DNA from: an uncultured Sphingomonas sp.
Lineage (GTDB): Bacteria > Pseudomonadota > Alphaproteobacteria > Sphingomonadales > Sphingomonadaceae
Reading direction: 5' to 3'
NCBI GenBank assembly: GCA_913775795.1
Contig: CAJYLT010000042.1
Coordinates: forward strand, 8,669-72,668
Length of the DNA: 64,000 bases
The position numbers were made by a program, and so were the translations under genes. Under the pieces are notes generated by a model, which was given only the letters and a program-made list of their open reading frames with translations, was not told where the DNA came from and did not search any database. This document shows positions 60,634 to 64,000 of this stretch, piece by piece; the stretch's first letter is position 1; each line of letters begins with the position of its first letter.

Positions 60634-61724
60634 CGCTGGCTCCGCCCGCGCCGCTCGCCGCGGCGTTCCTTGCGGATCGTCTTGGCGTGGGCGCGAGCCT
60701 TTGCCTTCTTCTCCTCTCGCGTGGCGGGCGGCGGGCTGTCGTCGACGCGGATGTCGCCGAGGCTCTGGTCGAAACCCAGCATCTCCATCGATTCGGCGAA
60801 GTGGGTGGGGAGTTCCGCCGTCACCTCGAACTTGCCGCCATCGGGGTGGTCGATGCGGATGCGGCGGGCATGCAGGTGCATCTTGCGGCTGATCCCGCCG
60901 GTGAGGAAGCTTTCCTGCCCGCCATATTTGCCGTCACCGACGATCGGATGGCCGATCGCGGCCATGTGGACGCGAAGCTGGTGCGTGCGCCCGGTCTGCG
61001 GCTGCAATTCGACCCAGGCGGCGCGGTTGCCTGCGCGCTCGATCACGCGATAACGACTGGTGGCGGGCGCGCCGTTCTCCTCGTCGACGTGCATCTTCTC
61101 GCCGCCGGTGCCCGGCTGCTTGGCGAGGGGCAGGTCGATCAGGCCGTCGGCGATCTCGGGCACGCCGACGACGAGCGCCCAGTAGACCTTCTTCGCCGAA
61201 CGCCCCGAGAAGCGCTTGGAGAAGAACGCAGCCGCGCGCGGGCTGCGCGCGATCAGGAGGGCGCCCGAGGTGTCCTTGTCGAGCCGGTGGACGAGCTTCG
61301 GCCGGTCGTCGCGCTCGAACGACAGCGCGTCGAGCAGGCCGTCGACATGATCGTGCGTCTTGGTCCCGCCCTGCGTCGCGAGACCCGGCGGCTTGTTGAG
61401 GACGATCGCCTGCGCGTCGCGGTGGATCACCATCGCTTCGGCCATCGCCGTCTGCTCGGGCGTCAGCGGGCGCTTTTCGCGCACCGGGCGCGCGGTCGCG
61501 GGTGCAGCCTCCGCCGGGGGCACGCGCAGCGTCTGGCCCGTGGTCAGGCGGTCGCCCGGATCGGCACGCGCGCCGTCGACGCGAAGCTGGCCGGTGCGTG
61601 CCCAGCGCGAGACGAGGTTGAAGCTCGTTTCCGGCAAATGCCGCTTGAACCAGCGGTCGAGGCGGATGCCGTCATCCTCCGCGTCCACGGTAAACTGGCG
61701 GACCTGTGCATTGTCCTCGCTCAT
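60630..61724 (-). CDS. RluA/RluC family pseudouridine synthase
   Basis: S4 domain, NKPPGL, VHRLDKDTSG, TGRTHQLRVH, PIVGD.KY. Confidence 0.95.
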   Translation of the reverse strand: MSEDNAQVRQFTVDAEDDGIRLDRWFKRHLPETSFNLVSRWARTGQLRVDGARADPGDRLTTGQTLRVPPAEAAPATARPVREKRPLTPEQTAMAEAMVIHRDAQAIVLNKPPGLATQGGTKTHDHVDGLLDALSFERDDRPKLVHRLDKDTSGALLIARSPRAAAFFSKRFSGRSAKKVYWALVVGVPEIADGLIDLPLAKQPGTGGEKMHVDEENGAPATSRYRVIERAGNRAAWVELQPQTGRTHQLRVHMAAIGHPIVGDGKYGGQESFLTGGISRKMHLHARRIRIDHPDGGKFEVTAELPTHFAESMEMLGFDQSLGDIRVDDSPPPATREEKKAKARAHAKTIRKERRGERRGRSQR

Positions 61725-62095
61725 GCCAGCGTCCTTGTCGCCATCAGGCCGGCGAACAGCGCCAGCGCCGCGCCCATCACCGACACCAGCGCATAGCCGA
61801 TGCCGGCCATCGCCTGTCCACGCTCGATCATGTTCACCAGCTCGAGCGTGAATGCCGAAAAGGTCGTGAACCCGCCGAGCAGGCCGACGCCCACCAGCAG
61901 TCGCCAGTTCTCGCCCCCGGTCCCCGCGCGCGCCAGAACGCCCGCGAGCAGCCCCATCGCCAGCCCGCCGACGATGTTCACCGCCAGCGTGCCCCAGGGC
62001 CAGTTCGGGCCGAATGCGCCGAGCGTCAGCCGCCCGACCGAGTATCGCGCGGCCGAGCCGAGCGCACCGCCCAGCATCACCAATAGATATGCCAT
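61721..62095 (-). CDS. crcB: Fluoride channel CrcB/FluC
   Basis: GGALG..ARY, PWGTL.VN, GLLGGFTTFSAF. Confidence 0.96.
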   Translation of the reverse strand: MAYLLVMLGGALGSAARYSVGRLTLGAFGPNWPWGTLAVNIVGGLAMGLLAGVLARAGTGGENWRLLVGVGLLGGFTTFSAFTLELVNMIERGQAMAGIGYALVSVMGAALALFAGLMATRTLA

Positions 62096-62132
62096 GTCCG
62101 TCCCCCTAGCGCGGCAAAGGGGATTTGGAAAC

Positions 62133-62861
62133 TCAGCGCCCGGTGATGAGGTCGACGTCGGTGCCGCCGTCGCCGCGGTTCGTCAGCACGACCAGATAGG
62201 CGCGGCCGTCGCGGCGCGTGCCGCCCAGGACGTGCGTGGCGCCGTCGACCTGATGCTCGGCCGCAAAGCCGGCGCGGACGGCGCGGGTATAATACCAGTC
62301 GATCAGCAGCGCGGTGGGCTTCGCGACGAAGAAGCTGGCGACGCGCATCGAACAGCCGTCGCCCTCGACCCCGCCCGCCTCGGTCACGCGCGCGTCGGGG
62401 TAGAGCGGCAATTCGGGCGGCAGGCGATTGGCCCAGTCCGCCGAATAGGACAGCCGCGCGGTGCACGTCGCGGCCGTCTTCGACCCCCTGGCGCGCGCGA
62501 GCGAGCCGAGCGTGATAGACTGGCGGATCGCGCCATCGGTCAGCGGCTTCGGCGCGGGGGCGGCGATCAGCTTCTCGTCGGGCGCGGCGCTGCCCGCGGC
62601 GATGCCGGGGTAGGGGACGGGCGCGGCATAGGGCTGGGGCGCGGGGCGCACCGCGTCGGCATTGCTCTTGGCCGATAATTGCGGGTCGACCATGATCGGG
62701 TCCTGAAGCGCGGCCATGACCGCGGGATCGACCGCGTTTGCCGACTGCCCGGCGGTCAGTTCGGCGTCGAGCGCTGCAAGATCGGTCTCGTTCGCATTGC
62801 CGCCTCCGCCGCATCCGGCAAGCGACAGGCAAAGGGCGACGAGCGGCAGACAGCTACGCAT
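62133..62861 (-). CDS. Hypothetical lipoprotein
   Basis: GGAGG RBS, lipobox LAGC; LPLYP motif. Confidence 0.75.
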   Translation of the reverse strand: MRSCLPLVALCLSLAGCGGGGNANETDLAALDAELTAGQSANAVDPAVMAALQDPIMVDPQLSAKSNADAVRPAPQPYAAPVPYPGIAAGSAAPDEKLIAAPAPKPLTDGAIRQSITLGSLARARGSKTAATCTARLSYSADWANRLPPELPLYPDARVTEAGGVEGDGCSMRVASFFVAKPTALLIDWYYTRAVRAGFAAEHQVDGATHVLGGTRRDGRAYLVVLTNRGDGGTDVDLITGR

Positions 62862-62900
62862 GGCGCCTCCGTAACGGCGCAACGGTTAAGATCGCGTTGG

Positions 62901-63218
62901 TCAGGCCATCAGCAACCGGGCATCGTCCCCGGCCTCGGCCAGCAGCGACACGAGCCCGCAGCGATCCGCATCGGGGAAAGGCGGCGGCGTCAATCCGGCA
63001 TCGGCAAGCCCGGTGGGGCAGAGCGTCAGAACCGCGCCAAGCGAACGGACTTGCTCGATCGCGGCGATCGTCGCGGCATCGCTCAACAGGCCGATCGCGC
63101 CGGCATCGATATGCAGGCGCGTCGCGGCACCCAGCGCGGCACTGGCCGCGGCCAGGTCGAGGGCGCTCCTCGCTCGCACAGCGTCGGGCGCGGCGAGTAT
63201 CACGATCAGCGGACGCAT
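62901..63218 (-). CDS. DsrE-like family protein
   Basis: AL.LAAASAALG, LG..L.LC.TG with a conserved Cys; 105 aa. Confidence 0.7.
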   Translation of the reverse strand: MRPLIVILAAPDAVRARSALDLAAASAALGAATRLHIDAGAIGLLSDAATIAAIEQVRSLGAVLTLCPTGLADAGLTPPPFPDADRCGLVSLLAEAGDDARLLMA

Positions 63219-63270
63219 GGCCTGCCCGTCAATGCCGGGGAGTGAGCGCGACGGTCGGTCGCCTTCGCCC

Positions 63271-63306
63271 AAAACAAAAGCGGCGGCCACATCGGGCCGC
63301 CGCTTC
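63271..63306 (-). terminator. Intrinsic terminator
   Basis: Minus strand agcggcggcc-cgatgt-ggccgccgct followed by TTTGTTTT. Confidence 0.82.
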
Positions 63307-63331
63307 CGTAACTTGGCTTTCGCCGAACAGC

Positions 63332-63577
63332 TTAGTTGCTGTCCGAACCGCCGTCGTCGGTCGCGATGATGATACCGGCGATGATCGCGGCAGCCGCCAC
63401 GACGCCGATGATCACGCCCGAGCCACCGATCGCGCCGTTCGCGTCACGCGAAGCGGTCGAAGCGCGGACGGTCTTGGTCTGCGCGACCGAGAGCTTCGAC
63501 GCCTCGTTCGCGGCAAGCGCCGGAGCAGCGGTCATCGAAACCATCGCCGCGGTCGCAAGGATCTTTGCAAAACGCAT
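63332..63577 (-). CDS. Small exported protein with a C-terminal TM anchor (81 aa)
   Basis: AAGGGAG RBS, signal peptide ending ALA, hydrophobic VIIGVVAAAAIIAGIII, own terminator. Confidence 0.8.
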   Translation of the reverse strand: MRFAKILATAAMVSMTAAPALAANEASKLSVAQTKTVRASTASRDANGAIGGSGVIIGVVAAAAIIAGIIIATDDGGSDSN

Positions 63578-63723
63578 CAGAAACACTCCCTTAGTAAAAG
63601 TTGCGCCGCCGGCTGGCCGTAGACGCACGACATCACGAAAGACGGCCAACCGCCTATGATGCTGCGATCCCCTAGCGCAACGATCGCTATTCGGCAACCC
63701 GGCGATTTGCACCATATGGGTGG

Positions 63724-64000
63724 CTAAATCTCGTTTCCGCTCCGGGGGTTCGCATCCGGCCGCAGGTCGGCGGGGGTCTGGAGGAACCACCGTTCCGCGC
63801 CCTCCAGCCCGATGGCGGTCAGGCGTCCGCTTTCGTACGCGCCGGTGTCGATGCCGATTCGGTTGCTGCGCATATCGACGTCGGGGGTGATGGTATGGCC
63901 ATGCACCACGACGCGGCCGAAATCGCCGCGATGGTCCAGAAACTCGCGCCGGATCCAGCGCAGCGCCTCCGGCGTCTGCTCAGCGATGGGCACCCCCGGC
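63724..64000 (-). CDS. Ser/Thr-phosphatase-like metallophosphoesterase, C-terminal part (5' end outside the window)
   Basis: LRWIR.EF, VVHGHT, RIGIDTGAY.SG.LTA motifs of the PphA/ApaH-like family. Confidence 0.9.
   Translation of the reverse strand, partial: PGVPIAEQTPEALRWIRREFLDHRGDFGRVVVHGHTITPDVDMRSNRIGIDTGAYESGRLTAIGLEGAERWFLQTPADLRPDANPRSGNEI

Noticed and set aside
62096-62132. Fluoride riboswitch upstream of crcB
   Set aside because: The gap is only 37 bp and lacks the GGCGATGG..TCGCC-type consensus

Overview
This is a high-GC alphaproteobacterial chromosome window, most consistent with Sphingomonas (judged from gene content and order, not a database search). Positions 1-24605 hold a Wzx/Wzy-type capsule/exopolysaccharide region: gmd, a SAM methyltransferase, fcl, two O-antigen ligase/polymerase-family genes, wza, wzc, a flippase, several glycosyltransferases, two hexapeptide-repeat acetyltransferases, wcaI, a priming transferase, a UDP-glucuronate epimerase and galU. 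The rest is mostly housekeeping: tspO, tlyA, nadE, two L,D-transpeptidases, wecBC, mntH, rplM-rpsI, ctaA, zur, dxs, a TonB receptor, hisBHAFE, sspB, fumC, gmk, crcB and others. The best lead is a two-gene unit inside the capsule locus (17942-19422, minus strand). It encodes a 113-aa protein that resembles the gene-transfer-agent (GTA) head-spike base protein Rcc01079/GhsA and a signal-less SGNH esterase with a beta-rich tail. A perfect alphaproteobacterial LexA box (GTTC-N7-GTTC, 19486-19500) lies upstream. The working hypothesis is an SOS-controlled, capsule-matched GTA/phage head-spike module carried with the genes for its own receptor. All family calls are by-eye recognition of translated sequence and need HMM or structure confirmation. 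No tRNA, rRNA, CRISPR array, transposase or capsid gene was seen. Many starts were moved from the ORF track to a more plausible internal start codon.
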